Positions 28,941 to 38,434 of a stretch of 64,000 nucleotides of DNA are shown here, piece after piece. The translations under genes and the position numbers were made by a program. The notes below the pieces were generated by a model. That model was not told the DNA's origin, did not search any database, and was given only the letters and a program-made list of their open reading frames with translations. Source of the stretch: a virus; IMG/VR virus record IMGVR_UViG_3300027714_000004, positions 1 through 64,000 of that record. The stretch is one strand, 5' to 3'. Each line of letters begins with the position of its first letter. Position 1 is the stretch's first letter.

Positions 28941-29643
28941 AGAGCAGTATAAAGACTTTACATTTGGTCACCGCAAAGAAGGTTTCGATAATCATATCGA
29001 TGCTTCTATTCGACACTATTCCACACTACATGATGACGTGGTAAATCTATCTCGTTACTTTGTAGAGAACGATACCAAGGTTGTTGATATCGGTTGTAGT
29101 ACTGGTAAGACCGTCGAAGCCATGATCGAACAGAATCATGCGACTGCTCCTAATGCACATTACTGTGGTGTTGAGTATGCTCCTGTATTCCAAGAAGAGA
29201 TGGATACCCGACAGAAGAGACTTAATGAAGAAGGTCATCACGTCTGTTTCCAAAACAAGAACATCATCCACCACTCATTCGCTAACTGTTCTCTGGTAAC
29301 ATCTATCTTTACGTTGCAGTTCATGCAGCCATTGTGGAGACAAAGAGTTCTAGAGAACATCTACGAGGGTCTGAACGAAGGTGGTGCATTTATCTTTGCC
29401 GAGAAGACTTATGCGGAGAACTCACGTATCCAAGATATGATGACCTCGACTTTCTATGAGTATAAGGCACAGCACTTTACCTATGAAGATATTATGGAGA
29501 AAGAGAAGACTCTCCGAACTATGTTGAAACCTATGACTTGGAATGACCTTGTCGGTCTACTGACTTCAGTTGGTTTCGATTCAACTAAGATTCAACCTTT
29601 CTGGATGAACCACCTATTTGTCGGAGCAATCGCAATAAAGTAA
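28930..29643 (+). CDS. cmoA: CmoA-like carboxy-SAM synthase
   Basis: FDNHIDASIRHY, DIGCSTG, FTLQF and LNEGGAFIFAEK match E. coli CmoA blocks (F.DMI.RSVPGY, DLGCSLG, FTLQF, LNPGG.LVLSEK). Confidence 0.8.
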   Translation: MKDREQYKDFTFGHRKEGFDNHIDASIRHYSTLHDDVVNLSRYFVENDTKVVDIGCSTGKTVEAMIEQNHATAPNAHYCGVEYAPVFQEEMDTRQKRLNEEGHHVCFQNKNIIHHSFANCSLVTSIFTLQFMQPLWRQRVLENIYEGLNEGGAFIFAEKTYAENSRIQDMMTSTFYEYKAQHFTYEDIMEKEKTLRTMLKPMTWNDLVGLLTSVGFDSTKIQPFWMNHLFVGAIAIK

Positions 29644-29662
29644 ATTATTTAGCTATAAGCCC

Positions 29663-29691
29663 TTGACACTGGGTACCAATCTTGGTATAAT
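29663..29691 (+). promoter_or_regulatory. Sigma70 promoter
   Basis: TTGACA-N17-TATAAT followed by a hairpin-containing leader. Confidence 0.85.
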
Positions 29692-29787
29692 GTCACCTGT
29701 AGTCATCAATGACAGTAGTCAGACTACAAAATAAACCTAATAGTCCCGTGGACTAAAAACCAATCCTAAAAGAAAAGGAAATTTACC

Positions 29788-30780
29788 ATGAATATTCAAT
29801 TTGATTTAGATGAAATAAAGAAAAACCAAAATCCCGAAGTTATCTTCGCAAACAAAGCTGGTATCGTACACAAAAAAAGAGTAGTTGTCAAACGTTCCAG
29901 TATTGATTGGAGTGGTAGTAAGTGGCAGATTCGTGAGGGAGTGTATGATGAAAAAAACGTAGCTGAGATATTTACTTCTCTTAAACACTATGGGTACTTG
30001 ACTAGCGAAAAACCACAAGTGGTAATCCGAGCACCAGCGGGCCATCTTACGGAATTTATAGGTATCGCTGGATTCAACCGAGACGCAGCGCAACAAATGT
30101 TAGAGTGGGAGACTACTGTAGTTGATGTAGTAGAATTCCAAAATCCTATCGATCTACGAGTATTATCTCATAAAACAAATCATAAGATGACCCCTTCAGC
30201 ACCCTGTACTACAGGTGATTTTATAAAGTCTGTCCAAGCAGCAATAGAGTTTAATGAAATAGGTGGAACCGAAAAGGAAGTCATAGAACTTGTTGAGTCA
30301 ATTGTAGAACCACATCGAAAGAGCGTTATCAAAGCAGTTATTAAAACTGTTATTTCTAATATAGAATATGGTAATTCTCTACATCGTCCTTTTGATGGAG
30401 CCCTTGCTAATAAATTCGCCAAAGATGAATTTGGTATTCATACTGGTAAAGCTCACTGTGCGTTTATAAGACCTAATGGTGTGTCAAAAACTACTTTTTT
30501 TGACGGTATGAAAGCTAGTCTAGCTTTTAGTAGTGATATTACCATATATGGGTACATTGACCAACCTAAACCTGCTACTCTAAACAAAAAGCGTCAGGTA
30601 TGGATGAACGAGTTCAATAGTCTCGGAAAGTTTTGGCAGGAGGTTGTTCAGGCTGGTTCTGGGATAAGACCTCCTGTAGAGAATTGTCCGTTCGTATTTG
30701 GTGGATTCTTACCACAGAATGAGACTCCTGATCCAACTAAAGGCGGATCACCTACAGAAACCGAATTAGTTTTCATTTAA
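29788..30780 (+). CDS. Hypothetical protein with ParB/Srx-like N-terminal domain
   Basis: QIR...SLKHYG..EKPQVV...IAGFNR resembles ParB N-domain boxes (GxxR). Confidence 0.5.
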   Translation: MNIQFDLDEIKKNQNPEVIFANKAGIVHKKRVVVKRSSIDWSGSKWQIREGVYDEKNVAEIFTSLKHYGYLTSEKPQVVIRAPAGHLTEFIGIAGFNRDAAQQMLEWETTVVDVVEFQNPIDLRVLSHKTNHKMTPSAPCTTGDFIKSVQAAIEFNEIGGTEKEVIELVESIVEPHRKSVIKAVIKTVISNIEYGNSLHRPFDGALANKFAKDEFGIHTGKAHCAFIRPNGVSKTTFFDGMKASLAFSSDITIYGYIDQPKPATLNKKRQVWMNEFNSLGKFWQEVVQAGSGIRPPVENCPFVFGGFLPQNETPDPTKGGSPTETELVFI

Positions 30781-31646
30781 TGATTAGAGAGATTCTCTCT
30801 GACCACATAACAGGAAAGGTGCCGCACGATAAGGTTGCGGTACTTCTTTCTGGTGGTGTTGACAGTATCAGTGTGGCAATCGCTGCACAGGATGCTGGGA
30901 AGACTGTACACGCGTATAGTTTCCATCTCGAAGGACAACCATCTTATGATCATGCGAAGGCAAAAGAAGTCGCAGAAATCATGGGGTGGGAGTTCACCAC
31001 TATTATTGTCCCTACTGATAACCTAGTTGAAGACTGGCACCGACTAGTCAAACATGGTTGTCGCAAGAAATCCCACTACGAAGCCGCAGTGTTTCCCTTT
31101 CTCTATTGTTATGAAAACATGTCGGAAGACTACTGTATTACTGGATGGGGTGCAGACGCCTACTTCGGTTGCAGTAAGAAAGCAATGATACGATACTCTT
31201 CTTTTAAAAAGAAGCGCAACTACGTCAAGTACTGTAAAGAGAACAACCAGACGAGAGTTAACTGGAATGAGTTCCGTAATTCCTATCTAGACGGAGACTG
31301 TGCAGGACTACAGCAACACACCAATCTCGCAGAGAAGCATGGTAAGGTGCATGTCACTCCATATCTAGACCCACGCGTACGCGAGTTCTTTATGAAGTTT
31401 TCGTGGGAAGACCTCAACAGACCAAAACAAAAGAATATAATCCGTGAAGAATTTAATATTGAAGATCTGTTTGGGAAAGTCAAGCCCCATATCAATCTTC
31501 AGTTGGGTAGTGGTATTGATACACTATTCGAGACTCTTCTGGATAATCCGGAGGTAAACTATAAAAGAAGACAGAGAGTAATGGATATGTGTCGCGACTG
31601 GCACTCCGAAAATACTACTATAGATCTTTCTGAATTTATGTCTTGA
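30780..31646 (+). CDS. Asparagine-synthetase-like ATP-dependent amide ligase (CmoY-like), no glutaminase domain
   Basis: PP-loop LLSGGVDS, ITGWGADAYFG, TPYLD and KNIIREEF motifs. Confidence 0.75.
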   Translation: MIREILSDHITGKVPHDKVAVLLSGGVDSISVAIAAQDAGKTVHAYSFHLEGQPSYDHAKAKEVAEIMGWEFTTIIVPTDNLVEDWHRLVKHGCRKKSHYEAAVFPFLYCYENMSEDYCITGWGADAYFGCSKKAMIRYSSFKKKRNYVKYCKENNQTRVNWNEFRNSYLDGDCAGLQQHTNLAEKHGKVHVTPYLDPRVREFFMKFSWEDLNRPKQKNIIREEFNIEDLFGKVKPHINLQLGSGIDTLFETLLDNPEVNYKRRQRVMDMCRDWHSENTTIDLSEFMS

Positions 31647-31709
31647 CATACTCTCCCAATCTAGGTATAATAGCCTCATGAGACATACTCTCCCAATCTA
31701 GGTATAATA
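31643..31709 (+). promoter_or_regulatory. Sigma70 promoter for gp43, with a 28-bp direct duplication
   Basis: GACATACTCTCCCAATCTAGGTATAATA at 31645 and 31682; only the first copy has a TTGACA -35. Confidence 0.85.
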
Positions 31710-31714
31710 TCACC

Positions 31715-34192
31715 ATGACAAAATTTTACTCTTCTGCTATCCGTATGGGTAAGCACATTCTATATCGCGGTTACGAGAATGGCCTACAGGTCAAGAAACG
31801 TATCCCATTCAAACCTAAACTATATGTCACCACTAATAACGAATCTGAATGGAAGACTCTAGACGGTGTCCCTGTGCACGAGTGCGTACTAGACTCTATG
31901 TCTGATGCGACTGACTTTCTCAAGAAGTATGCCGACGTACACAACTTTAAAGTTTACGGTAACAATAACTATGTTTCGCAGTATATCGGTCAGAAATTTC
32001 CTAATAAGATCGAATTCGATCGTGACCTAATTCGAGTCGCCAATATCGACATCGAGGTTTATAGTAAGGAAGGTTTCCCAGAGCCAGGCAAGGCTGCATA
32101 TCCTGTGACCTCAATTGCAATGCGCAAGAACGATGGTTCCTACTGGGTGTGGGCATGTGGTGAGTACAAAACTACTCGTGACGAAGTGGTCTATATCAAA
32201 TGCGACCACGAGATGGATCTTCTCCGCAAGTTTATTGAGCACTGGTCTCACTATTCCCCTGATATCCTGACGGGTTGGAACAGTCGGTTCTTCGATATTC
32301 CCTATATCGTTAACCGTTGCGTTAACCTCTTTGGTGATGACACGTTGTTGAAACGACTATCTCCTTGGGGTGCGGTACGTGAACGTAATGTAACTATTCA
32401 AGGTCGCGCCAATCAGGAATACGTGATTGAAGGTGTCGAGCACCTAGATTACATTGAAATCTTTAAGAAGTTCACACTCAACACTCTGGGTCAACAAGAA
32501 TCCTATCGTCTAGACCATATCGCCCACGTTGTCTTGGGTGAACGCAAGTTGTCCTATGAGGAGCACGGAAACCTCCACGCTCTTTATGAAAACGACTTCC
32601 AGAAGTTTATTGACTATAACATCAAAGACGTGGAGCTGGTGCACAAGATCGATGAGAAACTCGACTTGATTACTCTGGTACTCACTATGGCGTATCGTGG
32701 TGGTGTGAACTATGGCGACACTCTTGGTACTACTAATATCTGGGACAGCATCATTTACCGTATGCTGAACAAGATGAAGGTAGTTGTCCCTTCCAAATCC
32801 GAGAAGCCTAAGACTTCATATCCGGGCGGTTATGTTAAAGAACCTCAAGTTGGGTCACACGACTGGGTCACCTCTTTCGACTTGAACTCCCTGTATCCAA
32901 ACATCATTGTGCAATACAACATGTCCCCTGAGACTGTTATGGACGGTTTCCATAATGGTGTTAGCGTCGATAAGTTCCTTGATGGGTCGTACAAGGTCTC
33001 TGAATCTAACGTCTCTATCGCGCCAACTGGGGTCGCTTTCTCGCACGACCGTGTGGGTGTTATCCCTACGGTGATTAAACAATATTACACTGAACGTCGA
33101 GTTATTAAGACCGAGATGCTGAAACTCCAGCAGGAATATCAGAATGCTCCGACTAATGCTTTGGCATATAGGATATCCTCCCTAGACAACCAACAGATGG
33201 CGATCAAGATTCTGATGAACTCCCTCTATGGTGCGCTGGGTAATCGATACTTCCGTTACTTCGATCAACGTGTTGCAGAGTCAATTACTCTTGCAGGGCA
33301 ACTTGCAATCAAATGGGCAGAGAGGGCCGTTAATAATGAGATGCAGAAACTTCTTAAAACGGATGAAGACTACGTTGTGGCAATTGACACCGACTCTCTT
33401 TATATTCGTATGGCTGCCCTTGTTGATAAGTTTTCTCCTAAAGATCCTGTTAAGTTCCTAGACAAGATTTGCTCCGAGCACTTCGAGAAAGTTTTGGAAA
33501 CATCTTATGCGGAGATGGCACTCGTCACTGGTGCGTATGAGAATCGTATGGAGATGGGTCGTGAGGTAATCGCAGACCGTGGTATCTGGATGGCGAAGAA
33601 ACGATACATCCTGAACGTGCATAATAACGAGGGTGTCCAGTACGCAGAACCTAAACTCAAGATGATGGGTATCGAGGCAATCAAGTCCTCGACTCCTTCG
33701 GTTGTCCGTGACAAGATGAAAGAAATCTTCCGCGTCATTGTAGAAGGTACCGAGGAAACCACCCAGAGATTTATCCGTGAGTTCAAGACTCTGTTTAATA
33801 CATTGCCTCCCGAAGATATTTCATGGCCCCGTGGTATCTCTAACCTCGATAAGTGGAAAGACCGAGAGACTATTTTTAAGAAGGGTACTCCCATACACGT
33901 TCGCGGTGCGTTATGTTATAACAATCTAATCAAGGAGAATAATCTTGGTAATAGATATGAACTGGTCAAGCCAGGCGAGAAGGTAAAGTTCGTCTATCTA
34001 AAAGTACCGAATCGTCTGGGTGAAAACGTTGTGGCATATCCTCAACATCTCCCCGAAGAACTGGGCCTGGGTAAGTATATCGATTACGACTTAATGTTCA
34101 GTAAGACTTTCATTGACCCTCTCGAACCAATTCTTGACGCAGTCGGTTGGTCTTCAGAACCTCGTGCCACACTGGAAGACTTCTTCGGTTGA
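31715..34192 (+). CDS. gp43: Family B DNA polymerase gp43
   Basis: DIE exonuclease motif, [26 protein letters not shown] and C-terminal clamp peptide LEDFF. Confidence 0.98.
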   Translation: MTKFYSSAIRMGKHILYRGYENGLQVKKRIPFKPKLYVTTNNESEWKTLDGVPVHECVLDSMSDATDFLKKYADVHNFKVYGNNNYVSQYIGQKFPNKIEFDRDLIRVANIDIEVYSKEGFPEPGKAAYPVTSIAMRKNDGSYWVWACGEYKTTRDEVVYIKCDHEMDLLRKFIEHWSHYSPDILTGWNSRFFDIPYIVNRCVNLFGDDTLLKRLSPWGAVRERNVTIQGRANQEYVIEGVEHLDYIEIFKKFTLNTLGQQESYRLDHIAHVVLGERKLSYEEHGNLHALYENDFQKFIDYNIKDVELVHKIDEKLDLITLVLTMAYRGGVNYGDTLGTTNIWDSIIYRMLNKMKVVVPSKSEKPKTSYPGGYVKEPQVGSHDWVTSFDLNSLYPNIIVQYNMSPETVMDGFHNGVSVDKFLDGSYKVSESNVSIAPTGVAFSHDRVGVIPTVIKQYYTERRVIKTEMLKLQQEYQNAPTNALAYRISSLDNQQMAIKILMNSLYGALGNRYFRYFDQRVAESITLAGQLAIKWAERAVNNEMQKLLKTDEDYVVAIDTDSLYIRMAALVDKFSPKDPVKFLDKICSEHFEKVLETSYAEMALVTGAYENRMEMGREVIADRGIWMAKKRYILNVHNNEGVQYAEPKLKMMGIEAIKSSTPSVVRDKMKEIFRVIVEGTEETTQRFIREFKTLFNTLPPEDISWPRGISNLDKWKDRETIFKKGTPIHVRGALCYNNLIKENNLGNRYELVKPGEKVKFVYLKVPNRLGENVVAYPQHLPEELGLGKYIDYDLMFSKTFIDPLEPILDAVGWSSEPRATLEDFFG

Positions 34193-34217
34193 CAGACACC
34201 AAACTTTATGATATAAT
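34189..34217 (+). promoter_or_regulatory. Sigma70 promoter
   Basis: TTGACA-N17-TATAAT overlapping the gp43 stop; the ATG is only 6 nt downstream, so possibly leaderless. Confidence 0.8.
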
Positions 34218-34223
34218 AGCCAC

Positions 34224-35165
34224 ATGAATTACGAATTAACTATATTTAAAAATCAGTTCGATAACAAGACCCATCGCCATATGGTTCTTGACGATTGGGA
34301 TAAGTTCGTAAATGTCCTGAAAAACATGTATAAAGAGAAAGGAGAAAAAGGTGGAAATAATTCTAGTCCTCTTATTAGTCCTGCTGTTTTCGAAGTGGGT
34401 AAGACGCGTAGTAATAAATCTACTGGTTATTGGGGTGGGTGGTGCTGCGTTGATGTTGACGATCATACTTTTTCTAGAGATGTTCGAGTCCTTAACCAAG
34501 AGTTGCACGAACTCTTTAGGGAATACGACTACGTTGTGTACAACACTGCATCAAGTCGAGACGAGAATCTCAAATTTAGGATCGTATTTCGATTAGATGA
34601 ACATATTGAAAACGAGCGAATCAAGGCATTTTGGTTTGCACTGAACACTAAACTGGGTGAACTAGGAGATCCACAGACCAAAGATCTCGCACGTATGTAC
34701 TATGTCCCCGCTCAGTATCCTAATGCGACTTCGTTCTTTTTCACCAATCAAGGGACTTCTATTAACACGTCTGAGTTGATGGCGAAATATCCGTATCACG
34801 AAAAGACTGGTAATTCCTTCTTAGATAGACTACCCCCAGAGATGCAACAGGCAGTTGTCGCACATCGTAAGAACAGTCTAAATAATACCGACTTCTCGTG
34901 GTCATCGTACCGAGACTGTCCCTTCTGGCCAAGAAGGTTAGGTGCAGAGTATCAGCAGATCAGTGATGGTGGTTGGTACTCCCAGATGTATAAGATTATG
35001 CTTGCGATAGCAGGTAACGCGTATTCGAAAGGATACCCAATAACCGCTTCTCAAATCTCTGTTATGTGTCAAGAGTTTGATCGAGAGACTGGTAATTGGT
35101 ATGAGAATCGTCCCCTGACCGTAGAGGCGGACAGGGCATTAGAATATATTTACAGGAATAGTTAA
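34224..35165 (+). CDS. AEP-superfamily primase / primase-polymerase
   Basis: VDVDD, YNTAS, KFRIVF and KDLARMYYVP motifs plus a helical C-domain. Confidence 0.65.
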   Translation: MNYELTIFKNQFDNKTHRHMVLDDWDKFVNVLKNMYKEKGEKGGNNSSPLISPAVFEVGKTRSNKSTGYWGGWCCVDVDDHTFSRDVRVLNQELHELFREYDYVVYNTASSRDENLKFRIVFRLDEHIENERIKAFWFALNTKLGELGDPQTKDLARMYYVPAQYPNATSFFFTNQGTSINTSELMAKYPYHEKTGNSFLDRLPPEMQQAVVAHRKNSLNNTDFSWSSYRDCPFWPRRLGAEYQQISDGGWYSQMYKIMLAIAGNAYSKGYPITASQISVMCQEFDRETGNWYENRPLTVEADRALEYIYRNS

Positions 35166-36107
35166 ATGAAGAAAGTATTAGTAACGGGTGCTGCCGGATT
35201 CATCGGGTCTCAGCTCTCAAAGCGTCTAATGAATCGTGGACTCCATGTAAAAGGAATTGACAACTTTAACGAGCACCTGTATACTCCTAGATTAAAAGTA
35301 GACCGAATGAATCACTTTGTTCTGGATATCTGGGGATGTGATTTACGAGATGAAGTTAAACTGGAAGCACTATTAAGAGACTTCCAACCAGATACTATCG
35401 TCCACCTTGCCGCAATGGCAGGGGTTCGTGACTCTATGGGTAAAGAGAAGAGTTACCACGAGAACAACATTGACGCGACCCAAAACCTTATTGACATCTG
35501 CAAAGAACATTTACCGGAAACTCGTATAGTATATGCGTCGACCTCTTGTGTATATGCTGGTTCTCCTGTTCCGTGGACTGAAGGTCAGGAGTCAGGTAAG
35601 CAGTTAAACGCATATGGTTACACCAAGTGGGCGAACGAATGTCAGATGCAGTCCTCTGGTCTTAACAATATCGGTCTGCGATTCTTCACAGTCTATGGCC
35701 CATGGGGTCGACCTGACATGGCGTTGTTCGATTTCACCAAGAATATACTTGACGAGAAGGAAATAATCGTGTATAATTATGGTGATATGAAACGTGACTT
35801 TACTTACGTGGACGATATTCTTGACGGTATTGAGGTTGTCCTAGACAACACTGAAATCCCATCTAATGAGATCTTTAACATCGGTCGCGGTGAACAGGTC
35901 GCGTTGATGGACTTTATTGGAGAAATCGAGAAGAATACTGGGAAAGACGCGATCAAGAAACTTGCTCCTAAACATCCTGCGGATACTCTAGAGACTTGGG
36001 CAAACACTTCCAAGTTGCAAGCCCTAGGTTATAAACCAAAGGTGGATATTGCGGAAGGTGTTGAGCATTTTTATGAATGGTATAAAACTTATAATGGAAT
36101 TAAATAA
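35166..36107 (+). CDS. NAD-dependent epimerase (UDP-glucuronate 4-epimerase-like)
   Basis: TGAAGFIG, HLAAMAGVR, YxxxK (YGYTK) and RFFTVYGPWGRPDMA motifs. Confidence 0.9.
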   Translation: MKKVLVTGAAGFIGSQLSKRLMNRGLHVKGIDNFNEHLYTPRLKVDRMNHFVLDIWGCDLRDEVKLEALLRDFQPDTIVHLAAMAGVRDSMGKEKSYHENNIDATQNLIDICKEHLPETRIVYASTSCVYAGSPVPWTEGQESGKQLNAYGYTKWANECQMQSSGLNNIGLRFFTVYGPWGRPDMALFDFTKNILDEKEIIVYNYGDMKRDFTYVDDILDGIEVVLDNTEIPSNEIFNIGRGEQVALMDFIGEIEKNTGKDAIKKLAPKHPADTLETWANTSKLQALGYKPKVDIAEGVEHFYEWYKTYNGIK

Positions 36108-37093
36108 TGTCTGATACAACACAGGAAGGTGGAATCTCTAGATTCCGAATAGGTATCGTAGGTCATGGTTTTGTCGGTCAGGCAGTGGAGTATGCATTTA
36201 ATCACCCTCTGGTAGACTTCAATTACTATGACCCAAAATATGAAACTAGTCTAGACACTCTCGGTGATTTCTCTGCTGATCGACATCCTAGATGTTTCTT
36301 TATATGCGCTCCTACTCCCTCGAATGATGATGGGTCGGTCAATTCTAGTATAGTGGAATCTGCGGTCATGGAGTGTTTGACCCAGACCGATGCCTTAGTT
36401 GTTGTCAAATCAACGATTACACCGGAATCTATTGACAGCCTTTATGCAGGAATGAGCAGAGAACAAACTAATCGTTTCGTCTATAACCCTGAGTTTCTAA
36501 CGGAGAAGAATGCTAAGTCAGATTTCGTGAATGCTAAGTTTCATGTCATCGGTGGTATGCCAAATCCCGCACAGGAACTTATTGATATCTATGAAATCTT
36601 TGGTGGGTGTCAGTCTGATGACTATCACCGTATGACTGCGTATGAAGCATCCTTTGTGAAATATACTATCAATTCATTCCTAGCAACCAAGGTAACCTTC
36701 TTTAATCAGTTGTATGATCTGGTTAATATGTACGGTTGCAACTATAATAATATCGTCCGAGCAGTAGGTAAGGACGATAGAATAGGTATGGGTCACACCC
36801 GTGTGCCGGGCTTTGATGGTAAACGAGGATTTGGTGGCGCATGTTTACCCAAAGATACACGGGCATTCTTAGACTTTTCAACACATGAGTTTGCTGACGG
36901 AACTATGACTAGTTTCGATTTATTGGAAAAAGTACTTGACATCAATGGTGCTTATCGTGTACAATATGACCTTGATGAAAGAGAAAGAATTAATAATATA
37001 ACATTTGTAGATTTTGGAGGCAAGAATGAGCATAATGGACAAACTAAAGAAGAACTCGAAGATAAAGGAAACAGCGATACTATCGACGAGTAA
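36107..37093 (+). CDS. UDP-glucose/GDP-mannose 6-dehydrogenase family, lacking the C-terminal domain
   Basis: GHGFVG, APTP, KST, NPEFL and GFGGACLPKD motifs. Confidence 0.88.
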   Translation: MSDTTQEGGISRFRIGIVGHGFVGQAVEYAFNHPLVDFNYYDPKYETSLDTLGDFSADRHPRCFFICAPTPSNDDGSVNSSIVESAVMECLTQTDALVVVKSTITPESIDSLYAGMSREQTNRFVYNPEFLTEKNAKSDFVNAKFHVIGGMPNPAQELIDIYEIFGGCQSDDYHRMTAYEASFVKYTINSFLATKVTFFNQLYDLVNMYGCNYNNIVRAVGKDDRIGMGHTRVPGFDGKRGFGGACLPKDTRAFLDFSTHEFADGTMTSFDLLEKVLDINGAYRVQYDLDERERINNITFVDFGGKNEHNGQTKEELEDKGNSDTIDE

Positions 37094-38072
37094 ATTCTTC
37101 ACAGAGAAAGATATGGTACCTACTGACGTTCCTATGGTGAATGTCGCGTTGTCCGGTACCGTAGATGGTGGTGTCGCGCCAGGACTTACAGTTCTAGCAG
37201 GGCCATCTAAACACTTTAAGACATCGTTTGCATTATTAATGGCAAGCGCATATCTTAATGCTAAACCCGATGCAGTGATGCTGTTCTATGATTCCGAGTT
37301 TGGATCTCCTCAGTCATACTTCACCCAGTTCGGTATTGATACTAGTAGAGTGTTACATACACCTATTGCTAACGTCGAAGAACTGAAGTTTGACCTGATT
37401 AATCAGTTAGAGGCCCTAGATCGTAGTGATGATGTTATTATCGTTATCGATTCTATTGGTAACCTTGCGTCTAAGAAAGAACTTGACGATGCACTGAACG
37501 AGAAGGGTGTTGCCGATATGTCTCGTGCGAAAGCACTTAAAGGTCTATTCCGTATGTCGACTCCGTATCTGGCGATGAAGAATATCCCGATGCTTGCAAT
37601 CAATCACACTTATAAAGAGATTGGTTTGTTTCCGAAAGATGTAGTTAGTGGTGGTACTGGTATCTATTACTCTGCCGACAATATCTGGATTATCGGTCGT
37701 CGACAGAATAAGACTGGTACTGAGATCATGGGTTATGATTTTGTGATCAAGGTCGAGAAGTCACGATTTGTCAAAGAGCAGTCTAAGATCCCTATTACCG
37801 TCTCTTGGGATGGTGGTGTTGAGAAAAACTCTGGTCTACTTGAAGTTGCATTGGCTGGTGGATATGTTATCAAACCAAGTAATGGTTGGTACTCACGTTG
37901 TCACGGTACCGAAGCAGAAGATAAGAAGTTCCGTACTAAGGATACTTTGTCCAATGAGTTCTGGGCTCCTATTTTCGAAACAAGTGACTTTGCTACATTC
38001 CTACAGAAGACTTATCAGATAGGATATAAAAGCGAGATCAACCCTGAAACCTTTGTCGAGGAGGCATTGTAA
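37026..38072 (+). CDS. uvsX: RecA-like recombinase UvsX
   Basis: AGPSKHFKT, FYDSEFG and DSIGNLASKKE motifs. Confidence 0.96.
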   Translation: MSIMDKLKKNSKIKETAILSTSKFFTEKDMVPTDVPMVNVALSGTVDGGVAPGLTVLAGPSKHFKTSFALLMASAYLNAKPDAVMLFYDSEFGSPQSYFTQFGIDTSRVLHTPIANVEELKFDLINQLEALDRSDDVIIVIDSIGNLASKKELDDALNEKGVADMSRAKALKGLFRMSTPYLAMKNIPMLAINHTYKEIGLFPKDVVSGGTGIYYSADNIWIIGRRQNKTGTEIMGYDFVIKVEKSRFVKEQSKIPITVSWDGGVEKNSGLLEVALAGGYVIKPSNGWYSRCHGTEAEDKKFRTKDTLSNEFWAPIFETSDFATFLQKTYQIGYKSEINPETFVEEAL

Positions 38073-38434
38073 TGAAAGAATTGAATTTGGATAAACCATC
38101 CGAGAATCTAGACTATAAACTAGTACCTGTTGTCTTAGAAGGAGTGGAGGGTTGGAATGTCGACCTTCTACGTGCTCCTTATGAAGATGTGACCATTCGT
38201 TTTAATAACGTACGTGTCAATGGTGATGAACAAAATATAACTTTTAACTTCGATGTTGTTGACACGGACGAGCCAAACGTGTATAATATAGACAATAACG
38301 ACCTACAAGGGTTTGTGGGTGAAGTTTTAACTGATATTTTAGAATCAGCAATTGAGACTGGTTCAGTAGACATTAAGGATTCAAATGACGGAAATCAATC
38401 TGGAACAAACGATTCTACGGAATCTTCTGACTAA
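38072..38434 (+). CDS. Hypothetical protein, gp40 (head vertex assembly chaperone) position
   Basis: Lies between uvsX and gp41 as T4 gp40 does; call rests on synteny only. Confidence 0.5.
   Translation: MKELNLDKPSENLDYKLVPVVLEGVEGWNVDLLRAPYEDVTIRFNNVRVNGDEQNITFNFDVVDTDEPNVYNIDNNDLQGFVGEVLTDILESAIETGSVDIKDSNDGNQSGTNDSTESSD

Noticed and set aside
31715-34192. Introns or inteins in gp43, gp17, gp41, gp23 or nrdA
   Set aside because: ORFs are continuous and of normal length, with no intein termini seen.
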